From Bacteriovoracia bacterium (GTDB taxonomy: Bacteria > Bdellovibrionota > UBA1018 > JBFWNL01), in assembly GCA_050251055.1 (NCBI GenBank), contig JBFWNL010000003.1:128001-192000 (forward strand): a stretch of DNA of 64,000 nt, in the 5' to 3' direction. The position numbers were made by a program, and so were the translations under genes. The notes beneath the pieces were generated by a model. It searched no databases and was not told the origin of the DNA. It was given only the letters and a program-made list of their open reading frames with translations. The stretch's first letter is position 1, and every line of letters begins with the position of its first letter. This document shows, piece after piece, positions 31,152 to 40,931 of this stretch.

Positions 31152-31934
31152 TCACTTCGGGGCGGGCTTGCGCAGGAACTCCTGGGTAAAGACGCTCGGC
31201 GAGATAGCCTGGTCAAAAACCATTTCCTGATAAACGAGGGTCGTCTTCGATTTCTTCTTCACCGTCGTCATGCTGAGCTGGTTCGGGACGGTATGATCGC
31301 CGTACGTCTTGATCTCGAGCGTCTCCAACACTTTCAGAAGCTCCCCGGTTTCTGAGTAAAACTCCTGCTTCAACGGCACGGAGTCGGAAGCCCGCAGCCA
31401 TACGTGGACCTTCCCCCAAACCACCGGCGCGTCGGGCCTTGGCTCGCAGAGAATCTTCACGGCGGCGTGATCACCGAGCTTTTCCTTCCCTACCGTCGAG
31501 TGCTTATAGTCGCGCGCGAGGCTACTCGTCTTCACCAGGTCGTCATTGGAAAAATCAGAGCCCATCCAACTCTGGAGCATCAGGCTCGACGGAATCTTCA
31601 CGATGCGCTCGATGTTGGGCAGGTACTGCCAAAGGTTCATCTCCAGGCGCAAGTTACCCGTATCGCGATCCTTGGGCGGGTTCAGGATCTTTACCACCGC
31701 GCGATCGTTTCCCTGGGTCCAGGCGCGAAACGCCAGCTCCCGCGCCGGCCCTCCCGACTCGATCCGCAAAGTCGCGCGCGCTTGCAGGGTTTTCCCCCGC
31801 ATCTGTTTTTCGGCCCGCTCGATCCGTTGGCTGGAATCGTCCGCGCTCCATGCGAACCGGTGCGTGGATACCGCCACGAACTCTAAGCCTATGAATGCAC
31901 CGACAAATAGAACGAATGGGAGTTTCCGCCGCAT
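31152..31934 (-). CDS. LolA-like outer-membrane lipoprotein-sorting protein
   Basis: LWQYLPNIERIVKIPSSLMLQSWMGSDFSNDDL; APVVWGKV; VFTQEFLR. Confidence 0.85.
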   Translation of the reverse strand: MRRKLPFVLFVGAFIGLEFVAVSTHRFAWSADDSSQRIERAEKQMRGKTLQARATLRIESGGPARELAFRAWTQGNDRAVVKILNPPKDRDTGNLRLEMNLWQYLPNIERIVKIPSSLMLQSWMGSDFSNDDLVKTSSLARDYKHSTVGKEKLGDHAAVKILCEPRPDAPVVWGKVHVWLRASDSVPLKQEFYSETGELLKVLETLEIKTYGDHTVPNQLSMTTVKKKSKTTLVYQEMVFDQAISPSVFTQEFLRKPAPK

Positions 31935-31987
31935 CCTTCCTGCATAGTTTACTTTCAGATGCCCGTCACCTATAACTATTACCCGGC

Positions 31988-33169
31988 GTGGAGTCGCATT
32001 TGAAAACCAAGCTAACCATCCTCCTTACCGGCGGCCGCGCCCCCGCGACGCTCGACATGTGCCGCTATCTCCACCGGCTGGGGCACCGGGTCTTAGTCGC
32101 CGAAAGCCAGGCCCAGCACCTCTGCCTCACTTCGCGCGCCGTGGCTCGGGCATTCGCGGTCACGGCCCCCAATCAGGATCTGGCTCGCTTCGTCGCCGAT
32201 CTCGAAGAAATCATTCGGGCGGAAAAAGTCGATCTCCTGATACCGACCTGCGAGGAGGTCTTCGCTATTTCACGGGGGCTACCCACGCTCTCGCAAGCTA
32301 CTCGCGTGTTAGGCGACTCGATCGACGTGTTAGATCGCCTCCACAATAAGTGGGAATTCAATCAACGGGCTACGGCTCACGGGCTAGGAGTGCCGAAAAG
32401 CCAAGTGGCGTCCTCCATGGACGAACTCACGCAACTAGCAGGTTCACGCCGTCCACTCGTGATCAAACCCGCGTATTCCCGTTTTGCTTCCAAAACCTTG
32501 ATTCTCCATGAGGGGGATCCGCTTCCCTTGCTTGCGGATATCCGCCCGAGTTACCCGTACGTCATCCAGGAGTTCATGGCCGGCCAGGAGTATTGCACCT
32601 ACGGCGTTTGCCAGAGCGGCGAGCTGCTTGCGCACGCGATTTACTCCCACGATTTTACCGCTGGGAAAGGCGCGGGAATTTGTTTCGAGGCGATCGAAAA
32701 ACCCGCGATTCTCGCGTGGGTGAGGGAGTTCGTGAAACGGGAAAAGTTCACTGGCCAGATCGCGTTTGATTTCATCGAAAGCGCCCCGGGCCAAGTATGT
32801 GCGCTGGAGTGCAACCCCCGCACGACCAGCGGCGTGCATTTGTTTGCGCCCGACGATCGCCTGGACCTGCGCTGGCTGGGCCAATCCACCGAATTCGTGC
32901 AGCCGAAGCCCGGCTCGCTTGGGCGTATCGGGCTGGCGATGTGGCTTTACGGACTGCCTTCGGTGCGAACCTGGTCGACTCTGGCCAACTGGATCCGAAT
33001 CATGCTCCGCGCCCGGGAAGTGGTCTTCGACTTTGCCGATCCACTCCCCTTCTTTCATCAATTTTACTGCTATTTCAGCTTTTGGCGGCAAAGCGTTCGC
33101 CTCGGGATACCCATCCTTGAGGCCAGTACCCACGACATCGAGTGGAACGGAAACCGCAAAGCGGAATAA
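31988..33169 (+). CDS. ATP-grasp domain protein of the type found with F390-synthetase-like clusters
   Basis: LTGGRAP, LLIPTCEE, LHNKW.F, KPAYSRFA, QEF..G.EYC, FTGQIAFDF, LECNPR.TSG, DIEWNG. Confidence 0.85.
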   Translation: MESHLKTKLTILLTGGRAPATLDMCRYLHRLGHRVLVAESQAQHLCLTSRAVARAFAVTAPNQDLARFVADLEEIIRAEKVDLLIPTCEEVFAISRGLPTLSQATRVLGDSIDVLDRLHNKWEFNQRATAHGLGVPKSQVASSMDELTQLAGSRRPLVIKPAYSRFASKTLILHEGDPLPLLADIRPSYPYVIQEFMAGQEYCTYGVCQSGELLAHAIYSHDFTAGKGAGICFEAIEKPAILAWVREFVKREKFTGQIAFDFIESAPGQVCALECNPRTTSGVHLFAPDDRLDLRWLGQSTEFVQPKPGSLGRIGLAMWLYGLPSVRTWSTLANWIRIMLRAREVVFDFADPLPFFHQFYCYFSFWRQSVRLGIPILEASTHDIEWNGNRKAE

Positions 33170-33172
33170 CGT

Positions 33173-34411
33173 TTAGTGAGAACGCATCGCCTCGGTGGGA
33201 TTGAGGCCGGCCGCCCGGAAAGCGGGATACAGCGCCGCCAGAAGCATGAAACCCATCATCGATCCCATCATTTTGAAAAATAGGATCAAGTTGAAGGACG
33301 GACGCACCAAGGTAACCACGCGGAAGCTGCCCACATCCAGCTCTTTCCCTAGCAAGAGGCGGACATCAAAGCCCACTTGCTGATGGTAAAGAACCGCCAG
33401 TGATCCCAATAAAGATCCGAGGGCAATGGAGAGCAAGCCCAGCAGGGCCGCCTCAAACAACACCATCAAGATCACCTGTCGAGGCTGCGTACCCAATGCG
33501 ATCATCAGCCCAAACTCGCGCGTGCGCTCAAACACGCTGACCAAAAGCGTGTCCACCGCGCCCAAGGTAATGAGCACGGAAAGCATCACGCCGATGAGCA
33601 CGAGCGTGGCGTTGTTAAAATTCACGATCCCAGAAACGAACGGCATGGCCTCCCGCCAAGTCGTTAAGCTCAACTGCGGGTCTAAGTCTTTCCTGAGCGC
33701 GGCCTGAACAGTGGAGATATCCGAACTTCGGGCAAGTTGGATCGCGATCTCATGGAAACCCTCGACCGCACCTACCCGACGCGCGCAGTTAAGGGTAGTA
33801 AAAGCGACTCCCTTGTCGAACTCGGGCGAGCCGGAATCAAATATCCCTTTTACCCGGAACAGCTCGTTACCCAGCGTTCCGTCCAACGCCTGGGCGAGAA
33901 TCACTACCTTGCCGCCCACGGACGTCTTCAAAGTATTTGCCAACGTACGCCCGAGGTAAATCTGCTTGCCCGCGCAGTCGGGGGAATCATCGACGCCCAG
34001 ATACTCTCCCGCGACCTTGCTCTTGGCGGGACTAAACGTCCGTCCCTCTAAGACGGGATCCACGCCCACTAGGCGCAGAGGGGACGACGCCTCACCCGTG
34101 GATGCTAGGGCCGATAGGCTCACGCGCGGGGAATACCCGGCAACGCGCTCGGGCAGGCTCTTTACGACGGCGGGAACCTCGGGAAACACCTTCGCCAGTG
34201 GATACTCGGGAAGATAGTCTTTTTGGTAAATCTGCAAATGCCCCCCGTGGGTGCCCGTCACCGAGTCAATGATGTTTTGGTTGCTCCCCGAAAGAATGCA
34301 TTGCAGCCAGAGAATCACGGCGACTCCGAGCGAGATGCTCACCAGCGTAATGAGCGAGCGGCGAAAATTCCGGCCCAGATTGCGAAACGCCATCATCAGG
34401 ATTGGCTTCAT
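33173..34411 (-). CDS. LolE/MacB (FtsX-like) ABC permease
   Basis: AFRNLGRNFRRSLIT, VFERTREFGLMIALG, YPAFRAAGLNP.EAMR. Confidence 0.9.
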   Translation of the reverse strand: MKPILMMAFRNLGRNFRRSLITLVSISLGVAVILWLQCILSGSNQNIIDSVTGTHGGHLQIYQKDYLPEYPLAKVFPEVPAVVKSLPERVAGYSPRVSLSALASTGEASSPLRLVGVDPVLEGRTFSPAKSKVAGEYLGVDDSPDCAGKQIYLGRTLANTLKTSVGGKVVILAQALDGTLGNELFRVKGIFDSGSPEFDKGVAFTTLNCARRVGAVEGFHEIAIQLARSSDISTVQAALRKDLDPQLSLTTWREAMPFVSGIVNFNNATLVLIGVMLSVLITLGAVDTLLVSVFERTREFGLMIALGTQPRQVILMVLFEAALLGLLSIALGSLLGSLAVLYHQQVGFDVRLLLGKELDVGSFRVVTLVRPSFNLILFFKMMGSMMGFMLLAALYPAFRAAGLNPTEAMRSH

Positions 34412-35085
34412 ACCAATAGCCTTCCGTCGCGCATGGTGTACCGCGTGGTCACCCGGCTCACCAAATTCGGGTCGTGGGTCGAAAACAAGAAAGTCGCGCC
34501 GTGCGTTCGATTGATCTCTTCGAACAGGTCAATCAACTCCTGGGCGGTCTTGGAATCGAGATTGGCCGTGGGCTCGTCTGCAAAAATAATCTCCGGTTCG
34601 CTCGCCAACGCACGGGCCACGGCTACCCGCTGCTGCTGCCCGCCGCTTAACTGCGTAGGCCGGAACTCCAAGCGATCCCCCAGCCCTACTGCTTGCAAAG
34701 CTTGAATTGCGCGCGCGCGAGCTTGCGCGGGGGGGTCCCCCCGCACCACGCTCGTGTACTCGACATTCTCAAGCGAGGTGAGCACGGGAAACAGATTATA
34801 AGCTTGAAAGATGAAGCCTACGTGACGGCTACGAAAACGTGACAGCTCGGGCTGCGAGAGCCCGGTCAAGGCGCGTCCACCGAGCAGGATCTCGCCGCGT
34901 GTCGGGCGATCCAGCCCCGAAGCCAGGTTCAGAAGCGTACTCTTTCCGCTGCCCGATGGCCCCACCACCGCGGCAAATGCTCCGCGAGCCACGGCAAGGT
35001 CCACTTGGTCCAAGGCAATCACCGGTGGGCTGCCGGCGTACTGACGCGTGACTTGCTTGAACTCCAAAACATTGCTCAAGGTCAA
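34408..35085 (-). CDS. LolD-like ABC ATP-binding protein
   Basis: GPSGSGKSTL, GFIFQAYNL, LSGGQQQRVAVARA, ADEPTANLD. Confidence 0.92.
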   Translation of the reverse strand: MTLSNVLEFKQVTRQYAGSPPVIALDQVDLAVARGAFAAVVGPSGSGKSTLLNLASGLDRPTRGEILLGGRALTGLSQPELSRFRSRHVGFIFQAYNLFPVLTSLENVEYTSVVRGDPPAQARARAIQALQAVGLGDRLEFRPTQLSGGQQQRVAVARALASEPEIIFADEPTANLDSKTAQELIDLFEEINRTHGATFLFSTHDPNLVSRVTTRYTMRDGRLLV

Positions 35086-36458
35086 CTCCGCGTATCAGTG
35101 AGAACGTTGACGGCGGCTTCGGAGTAGTTACGCTTTATCCGGCGCTGCTTGGTTAAGCCGCGCGCCTCAAAGCCGACTTCGACTTCGCAAACCGGGGCGC
35201 GGGCGCCAATACGCGCGGCCAATGCCTCGAGCTGTGCCTCAATCTTCCGTCTTTCGGCCGGCTCGTTCGCTTCGGCCGCGAACTTGAGAGCCATGCGTAA
35301 CTGGCCAGGGAGGTCTTGGCGGACTTGATACTCAATCACCGCGGAGGAGCCCACCATGACCGCGTTTCGAATAAAATCCGGAAACACCGGCACCGGCGGG
35401 CGGTTCGGAGAGGCCGAATGGAAGTACAACAGGTCGTCCGCGCGTCCTTCAATCCACTCCAGGGCCGTAAAGATCGATCCGCAGGCGCACGGCTCCTTAG
35501 CTTCGGTCAAGATATCGTTGAGCCGATATCGGACAATCGGCTGGCTCCGCCGCGTGAAATCCGTGATGATCGGCATGAACTTTCCGGCCGCGCGGTCCAG
35601 GTAGTCTTTTTCGATGTGCACGAAGTCTTCGTTCAAGTGCAGACGGCCCTCGCGGCAAGTGACCCCCAAGAACCCTTCGGTGCATTGATAAACCTGATGC
35701 ACCTTTTTTCCGAAGGTTTTTTCCAAATAAGCCTCGTCGATCGGATCGAGCACTTCGGCGACCGAAACGACTTTCTCAGGGGAAATCTTTAACTCTCCGC
35801 GCTGGGTAGCTTCGGCGAGCTGCCGCAGAAGCGAGGGCGGGCCCACGAGCAACGTGGGTTGATAGGCGTTCAAGCGCTCGAGGTGTTCCGCTAACGGCGC
35901 CAGAAGATCAAAGTATTCAAACTTCAGCCATCGCGAGCGCGACGCCGTGTAAAGGTTGCTGTTTGCCCGCAGAAAAAACGCTACGCGGTGACCACCAAAA
36001 AGCGACCGGGGGAGCACACGAGCCAAGATCGTTCCGGCGTGCTGCCAACGCTCGCGTGAACTCACCAAAAACAAACCCCGGTTGCCACTCGTACCGGAGG
36101 ATAGGCCCACCGTGATGGGTCCACGGGCCCCCGGAAGCGTAGGGGAAAAATCTCGCGAATTCTCGGCGCGAATGGCCGCGGCCATCGCTTCGTCACGATC
36201 AATTCCGACCGTATTCAGCTCGGTGAAATTTTCCATCATCTGCGCCTTATCCATCAGGGGCAGTTGCCGCCAGTTCGCATAATCTCCCTGACTAGAATCC
36301 TGCACCTGGGCCAGCCGAGCGCGGTAGAACAGCGAGTTTCGGGCGACCCACTTCAAATGAGCGAGGACTCGCTTCTCTTGCCAATGCTCGAGCTGGGCCC
36401 GAGATTCAAACCTTCGTCCGTAGCGGACCCGAAGATAATGAAAGAGTGCCATCAACAT
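35082..36458 (-). CDS. F390-synthetase-like adenylate-forming enzyme (TIGR02304-like, ANL superfamily)
   Basis: GLSSGTSGNRGLF, FFLRANSNLY, SVAEVL, HQVYQCTEGF, QPIVRYRLNDIL, IEGRADD. Confidence 0.88.
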   Translation of the reverse strand: MLMALFHYLRVRYGRRFESRAQLEHWQEKRVLAHLKWVARNSLFYRARLAQVQDSSQGDYANWRQLPLMDKAQMMENFTELNTVGIDRDEAMAAAIRAENSRDFSPTLPGARGPITVGLSSGTSGNRGLFLVSSRERWQHAGTILARVLPRSLFGGHRVAFFLRANSNLYTASRSRWLKFEYFDLLAPLAEHLERLNAYQPTLLVGPPSLLRQLAEATQRGELKISPEKVVSVAEVLDPIDEAYLEKTFGKKVHQVYQCTEGFLGVTCREGRLHLNEDFVHIEKDYLDRAAGKFMPIITDFTRRSQPIVRYRLNDILTEAKEPCACGSIFTALEWIEGRADDLLYFHSASPNRPPVPVFPDFIRNAVMVGSSAVIEYQVRQDLPGQLRMALKFAAEANEPAERRKIEAQLEALAARIGARAPVCEVEVGFEARGLTKQRRIKRNYSEAAVNVLTDTRS

Positions 36459-37273
36459 GCGCGCAACGCCCTTTCACAATGGCAAGGGATGATCTTGAGA
36501 TCGGGATGTGCTTGATGCAACTTCGCGATCCGATCCAGGGTTTCCGTGTATCTGCCGTAATCGTCGAAAAGCAAGCGCGTGACCTGGTTCGGAGGCCGGT
36601 TGCGCTCGATGCTCTCGGTTAGCCAGCAGGCATCGGCGACCAAGAAATGCGGACCGGTTTCGGCTTGCACAATGAGGCCCATCTGCCCACGCGCGTGACC
36701 CGGCAACTCGACGGCGTGCACGGTTCCGTCTCCAAATACGTCGTGTACGGAGGAAAATCCCGAATACGCGCCTGCAGGTGTCAGCTGGCTTGGATCGATC
36801 GGGCGCGAACGCGCCTCAAAGTCACCCGGCAGTAGCCCCAACAACACCCCGGCCTTCAACGCGCCCAGGCGCCCTTTCCGCCGGAGTCCCGCGTAAGCAT
36901 GCGAAAAGTAGACGTACTCCGCCGCCAGAAAGTCCCCCGCCCCGGCCACGTGGTCGGCGTGAAAATGCGAGAGGATCACCTTCCGTACGTCGCCCGCGGC
37001 GATGCCCCGTGCTTTTAACAAAGACACCGCCGTAGTCTCGGGCGTAACCGTAACCGGCGTCACTAAAGCGTAGAGCTTTTCGGGGAAGTGACGGGTCTGC
37101 TCGTAAAACTTCATCGAGTAACCCGTATCAAACAACGTGATCCCATGTTTCGGGTGATCAATGACCGCGACGGACGCCGGAAAACGCACGGGCGCCACGC
37201 CTGATCCGGGCAGGACCACGAACTTTGGGTGCACGCAGTGCCCCGCTTCGATGAAGCTTAGCTTCACGCTCAT
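36452..37273 (-). CDS. Metallo-beta-lactamase-fold hydrolase
   Basis: LFDTGY, SHFHADHVAG, LPGHARG, VADACW, PCH; ATG 37273 overlaps the upstream stop. Confidence 0.88.
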   Translation of the reverse strand: MSVKLSFIEAGHCVHPKFVVLPGSGVAPVRFPASVAVIDHPKHGITLFDTGYSMKFYEQTRHFPEKLYALVTPVTVTPETTAVSLLKARGIAAGDVRKVILSHFHADHVAGAGDFLAAEYVYFSHAYAGLRRKGRLGALKAGVLLGLLPGDFEARSRPIDPSQLTPAGAYSGFSSVHDVFGDGTVHAVELPGHARGQMGLIVQAETGPHFLVADACWLTESIERNRPPNQVTRLLFDDYGRYTETLDRIAKLHQAHPDLKIIPCHCERALRAC

Positions 37274-38283
37274 GCGCCTCCCTCGAAGCCGCTTTCCCGC
37301 AGGAAACGGTCCATGCCTTCGGCCATGCTGATACGGGGTACATATCCCAACTCCGCGCGCGCGGCCGAAATATCCAGGGTTCGGCTTTTTCCCAGCACGC
37401 AAACCGAGTAACGGGTTAACAACGGTTCGGTCGAGCGGAACAGATACTTACACGCCTGTTCCATTCCCCAGGCGATCTGCCAAGCGCGCTTGAAAGGAAT
37501 GCGCCGAAACCTAAAGGGGATATTCATGCGCTTGAGCATGCTCTCCATCGTGCCATAAAAAGATACCGGATCCCCGTTGGTGATGTTGAACTTCTTGCCC
37601 AACGCATCCTCGGGGGCGTTCATCGCGCAGATCACGGCATCCACCACGTTATCAATATAAGTGAGATCCATCTGCGTCTGGCCGTCGCCAATCATCGGGA
37701 TCGTGCCTTTCTTCGCCAGGCGGATCACCCGGGGCATGATCGCGGTATCACCCGTCCCGAAAAGCCCCTGCGGTCGCAAGGTCACGACCGGTAGTCCTCG
37801 AGCAAAGGCTTCGTCCACTTTCGCTTCCGCGAGTTTTTTTGTCGCCGCGTAGTAATTGATGGGCTCCGCCGGAAGCGGATCCCCCTCCCGCACCCCGAGT
37901 CGATCGCGAGCTTCCACGTAGAGGCTCGGCGTGGAGATATGCACCATGCGCGCGGTGCCCGCCGCGATACAGCCGGCGATCACGTTCTCGGTACCGGCGA
38001 CGTTGGCGGAATAAAAATCGGCGTACTTTCCCCACGGAGACGAAATCGCGCCCGCATGAATGACCGCGTCTTGCCCCAAGCAAGCGGCGCCAATCGCCGC
38101 GCGCTCCGACAGGTCCGTCTTCACAAAGCGCGCGCCCATCTTCACGAGCCGCTGGCCTTGCTTCTCGTTACGACCGAGCGCAGTGACTCGCGCGCCACCC
38201 GCGACGAGCCTTTGGGTCAGGGCCCCGCCCAAAAAGCCGGTGGCACCGGTGATCATCACTTTACCTTGGAAATTAGTATTCAA
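37270..38283 (-). CDS. NAD-dependent epimerase/dehydratase (3-beta-HSD/OleD-like extended SDR)
   Basis: ITGATGFLG, HISTPS, YAATKKLAE, LRPQGLFG. Confidence 0.9.
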   Translation of the reverse strand: MNTNFQGKVMITGATGFLGGALTQRLVAGGARVTALGRNEKQGQRLVKMGARFVKTDLSERAAIGAACLGQDAVIHAGAISSPWGKYADFYSANVAGTENVIAGCIAAGTARMVHISTPSLYVEARDRLGVREGDPLPAEPINYYAATKKLAEAKVDEAFARGLPVVTLRPQGLFGTGDTAIMPRVIRLAKKGTIPMIGDGQTQMDLTYIDNVVDAVICAMNAPEDALGKKFNITNGDPVSFYGTMESMLKRMNIPFRFRRIPFKRAWQIAWGMEQACKYLFRSTEPLLTRYSVCVLGKSRTLDISAARAELGYVPRISMAEGMDRFLRESGFEGGA

Positions 38284-39295
38284 GCGCCAGCCCCCCGATC
38301 GAGAAACCCGCGGAGGTCCCGATCAAGAGCAGCTTGTCTCCGCGCTTCAGGCGGTTTTCCGAAATTGCCAGGTGTAGGGCCATCGGAATGGAGGCCGCGA
38401 TCATGTTGCCGTGGTTTTGAATGATGCACATCCACTTGCCTTCCGGCACGCCCAAACGACGCCGCATGAGCTCCATCGCGGAATAACTGGCTTGGTGCGG
38501 GATAACGAGCGCGGCGTCCTCGAGCGTCCAGCCGGCCGACTGTAAAAGCTTTTCCATGAAGCCATCGATCTTTTCCGATACCAGACGGAAGACTTTCTTC
38601 CCATTCATCGAGAAGCGATATTCGTCGTAAAGGGAGTCGGTCCACTTCCAGCTAGGGAGGATCGCGCCCCCGCCGCGGATTGCGCAGGTGTCAGCACCGG
38701 CGCTGTAAGTTTCCATATGTGCGCCGCAAATGACGCCGCCCGAGACACCCGACAAGAGCGAGGATTTCTCGATTATCACCGCGACCGCGCCGTCCCCAAA
38801 GAGGCTGCAGGCCTCCACGCCGCCACGCTTCCAGTTCAGTCCGATCGAGGCGATTTCCGAAGAAACGATCATCACGCGACGATAGCGACCCGCGTCCACC
38901 AGGTAGCTCAAAGTATCGAGCGCGGTGACAAAACTGAGGCACGTGGAACCTACGTCGAAGCACGCCACGCCGGAGTTTTCCTTACCAAGCGCGCGTTGGA
39001 TCAGGGCGGCGTTATAAGGAATGGGTTGATCGAAGGTGGCGGAGGCGCAAACCAAGAGATCCAAGTCTTCGAAGCGGAGACTGGCATTCTCGAGCGCCGA
39101 CATGGCGGCATAGGCGCCCATCTGCGCGCTCGATTGATCGGTAACGAAATGGCGACGCTCGACCCCGGAGGCGCGAGCGGAACTGCCCGGGCTTAGACCC
39201 AGTCTTTGGTCGATTTCGGTGGAAGGTACGACTTGCGGAGGCAGGTAGTGACCGGTGGAAACGATACGCACGTGCCTGTTTGCGGCTTGGATCAT
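38273..39295 (-). CDS. 3-oxoacyl-ACP synthase III (FabH-like condensing enzyme of the cluster)
   Basis: STCLSF catalytic Cys, LFGDGA, IPHQAS, HGNMIAASIP, GTSAG. Confidence 0.9.
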   Translation of the reverse strand: MIQAANRHVRIVSTGHYLPPQVVPSTEIDQRLGLSPGSSARASGVERRHFVTDQSSAQMGAYAAMSALENASLRFEDLDLLVCASATFDQPIPYNAALIQRALGKENSGVACFDVGSTCLSFVTALDTLSYLVDAGRYRRVMIVSSEIASIGLNWKRGGVEACSLFGDGAVAVIIEKSSLLSGVSGGVICGAHMETYSAGADTCAIRGGGAILPSWKWTDSLYDEYRFSMNGKKVFRLVSEKIDGFMEKLLQSAGWTLEDAALVIPHQASYSAMELMRRRLGVPEGKWMCIIQNHGNMIAASIPMALHLAISENRLKRGDKLLLIGTSAGFSIGGLALEY

Positions 39296-39324
39296 GACAA
39301 ACTCCCAACCGATACCTACTAATG

Positions 39325-39341
39325 TTGACGCGCTATGTCAA
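39325..39341. promoter_or_regulatory. Palindromic operator-like site TTGAC-N7-GTCAA
   Basis: TTGACGCGCTATGTCAA about 30 nt upstream of the KAS III start. Confidence 0.55.
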
Positions 39342-39406
39342 ATATGGGCGCACTCTTTTGTAAGTCAATATTATTCAATTATTACAAACTGATACAAAGG
39401 AAACCC

Positions 39407-40750
39407 TTAAGGCAGGCGCCTTGCCAGCATCAAGAGGAGCGAGCGGGTTAGCCCCACCCGATCGTAGGCTTTTTGGTGAGCTCCGCGATATCCCACCGTA
39501 GCCGCATGGTCTGGCACGTCCTGAAGCACCACGAATTCGGATCCCGGTAAAATACCTTCTTGAAGCTTCACAAAGAAGTCCGTTTCGGTGGTGACCGAAA
39601 TCATCGGCGCGCCGCTGCCCATCCAGGTCTGAAACAGCGGTCGCTGAAAATACTGGCGCATGCGCTTTGGGTGCAAGCTAGCGACCAACTCAGGAGTAGC
39701 GGCCAGGACAGCATGGCCGAGCTCTGCCGTAAGTTCAACGGAGCCGGTAACCATATTTCTACTGGTGAATTTTCCATCTCCCGCGCCGATCTGCTCCAAC
39801 AAGCCCGCCACGAAATAAAAATTCATGTCGTTGCGGCCGACCATGTCCGCGAACGTGGTCCCCAAAAAAGGCGCCTGCAAGGAAATCCAGCCCGCGACCT
39901 TTGGTCCTACGACCGAATCGTGTGCAATCGCCGAAAGCGCGGCGATGCCTCCGTAGCTATGCGAGATCAAAATCACGGGTTTGTCTGAAGCCAGAATCGC
40001 TTCCCGCACCGCGTGCGCGTTTTGATCCGCTAGACCTAAAGTGGGCGACGCCACCTCGACAAAATCAAGTCCTTGATCCGTAAAATAATTTTTCTGATCA
40101 CCAAATGTATGGCCGATATAACCGCGGGAAAGTATCGACAGAAGATCTTTTTCTTGAGTCATCATGCCGCTTACGAGCAGAATCCGGTAACTTTTCAGCT
40201 TTGCGATCGTCGTTGCGTCGAGCGGATGCGCCGACGCGCTTTGAAATAACGTCTCGAACTCTGAGGTGCGGTTTACGCCATCGTATTTTTGACAAACCGG
40301 CAATTCGGATACGGCATCGAACAAGAGATCCTCGCAAGAAACCGCCTCTCTCACATCTGCGGTCTTTTCACTGTATTCGCCAGTCTCAAAGAACACGCGA
40401 GACTTTTTATGGCCAGGGTCGGTGCCGTCGAGATAAAGGCGCACGCTCACCGCGTAATCATACTTGCGCGCGGTCATTTTCTTCTTCAACCGGAGGGAAA
40501 GATCACCGGGCAAGCGATCATCGCCGTTCTCCACCCGAGATAAGCTCACGGGTTGATACCCTTTCAAAAGCAGAGCATGACGAACCGAGGGGGAATCAGC
40601 GATGCCCCGTAATTGAATGCGACAGTCGTCGTGCCAGATAGTGGCGTCACCTGCCAAGGCGTTCGCAGCAATCCCAGTCGTAAATACCAAGATGACTAAA
40701 GTACGCGCTAAGCGAACGCATGGTTTTCTCGAAACTGGCCCGATCTCCAT
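39407..40750 (-). CDS. Secreted alpha/beta hydrolase (lipase/esterase-like)
   Basis: Signal peptide ALA-G; LLVSGM oxyanion region, ISHSYGG nucleophile elbow, APFLGT, PDH; ATG 40750 behind GAAGGGG. Confidence 0.75.
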   Translation of the reverse strand: MEIGPVSRKPCVRLARTLVILVFTTGIAANALAGDATIWHDDCRIQLRGIADSPSVRHALLLKGYQPVSLSRVENGDDRLPGDLSLRLKKKMTARKYDYAVSVRLYLDGTDPGHKKSRVFFETGEYSEKTADVREAVSCEDLLFDAVSELPVCQKYDGVNRTSEFETLFQSASAHPLDATTIAKLKSYRILLVSGMMTQEKDLLSILSRGYIGHTFGDQKNYFTDQGLDFVEVASPTLGLADQNAHAVREAILASDKPVILISHSYGGIAALSAIAHDSVVGPKVAGWISLQAPFLGTTFADMVGRNDMNFYFVAGLLEQIGAGDGKFTSRNMVTGSVELTAELGHAVLAATPELVASLHPKRMRQYFQRPLFQTWMGSGAPMISVTTETDFFVKLQEGILPGSEFVVLQDVPDHAATVGYRGAHQKAYDRVGLTRSLLLMLARRLP

Positions 40751-40769
40751 GCCCCCTTCATATCTAATT

Positions 40770-40786
40770 TTGACGCAATGAGTCAA
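40770..40786. promoter_or_regulatory. Palindromic operator-like site TTGAC-N7-GTCAA
   Basis: TTGACGCAATGAGTCAA 20 nt upstream of the hydrolase start. Confidence 0.55.
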
Positions 40787-40931
40787 TTAAAATCCGAATG
40801 TTTTTAATGATTTAAACGCTCACTCGAAAGGAGCGCATCTATCTGGAAACTACTCGGAAAAACCCAAGGTTTACCTCCCAACGCCAGGGCCAGCAAGATT
40901 GCCCAAGCCATCCAGATGAAACCGTCTCGAA

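Noticed and set aside
33173-35085. Housekeeping lolCDE
   Set aside because: Single permease embedded in a biosynthetic operon with an atypical LolA-like partner; gene symbols withheld.
38273-39295. Naming the cluster oleABCD or housekeeping fabH
   Set aside because: The hydrolase is MBL-fold not alpha/beta, the ligase is F390-synthetase-like, and no plsX/fabD/acp context is present; only an analogy is supported.
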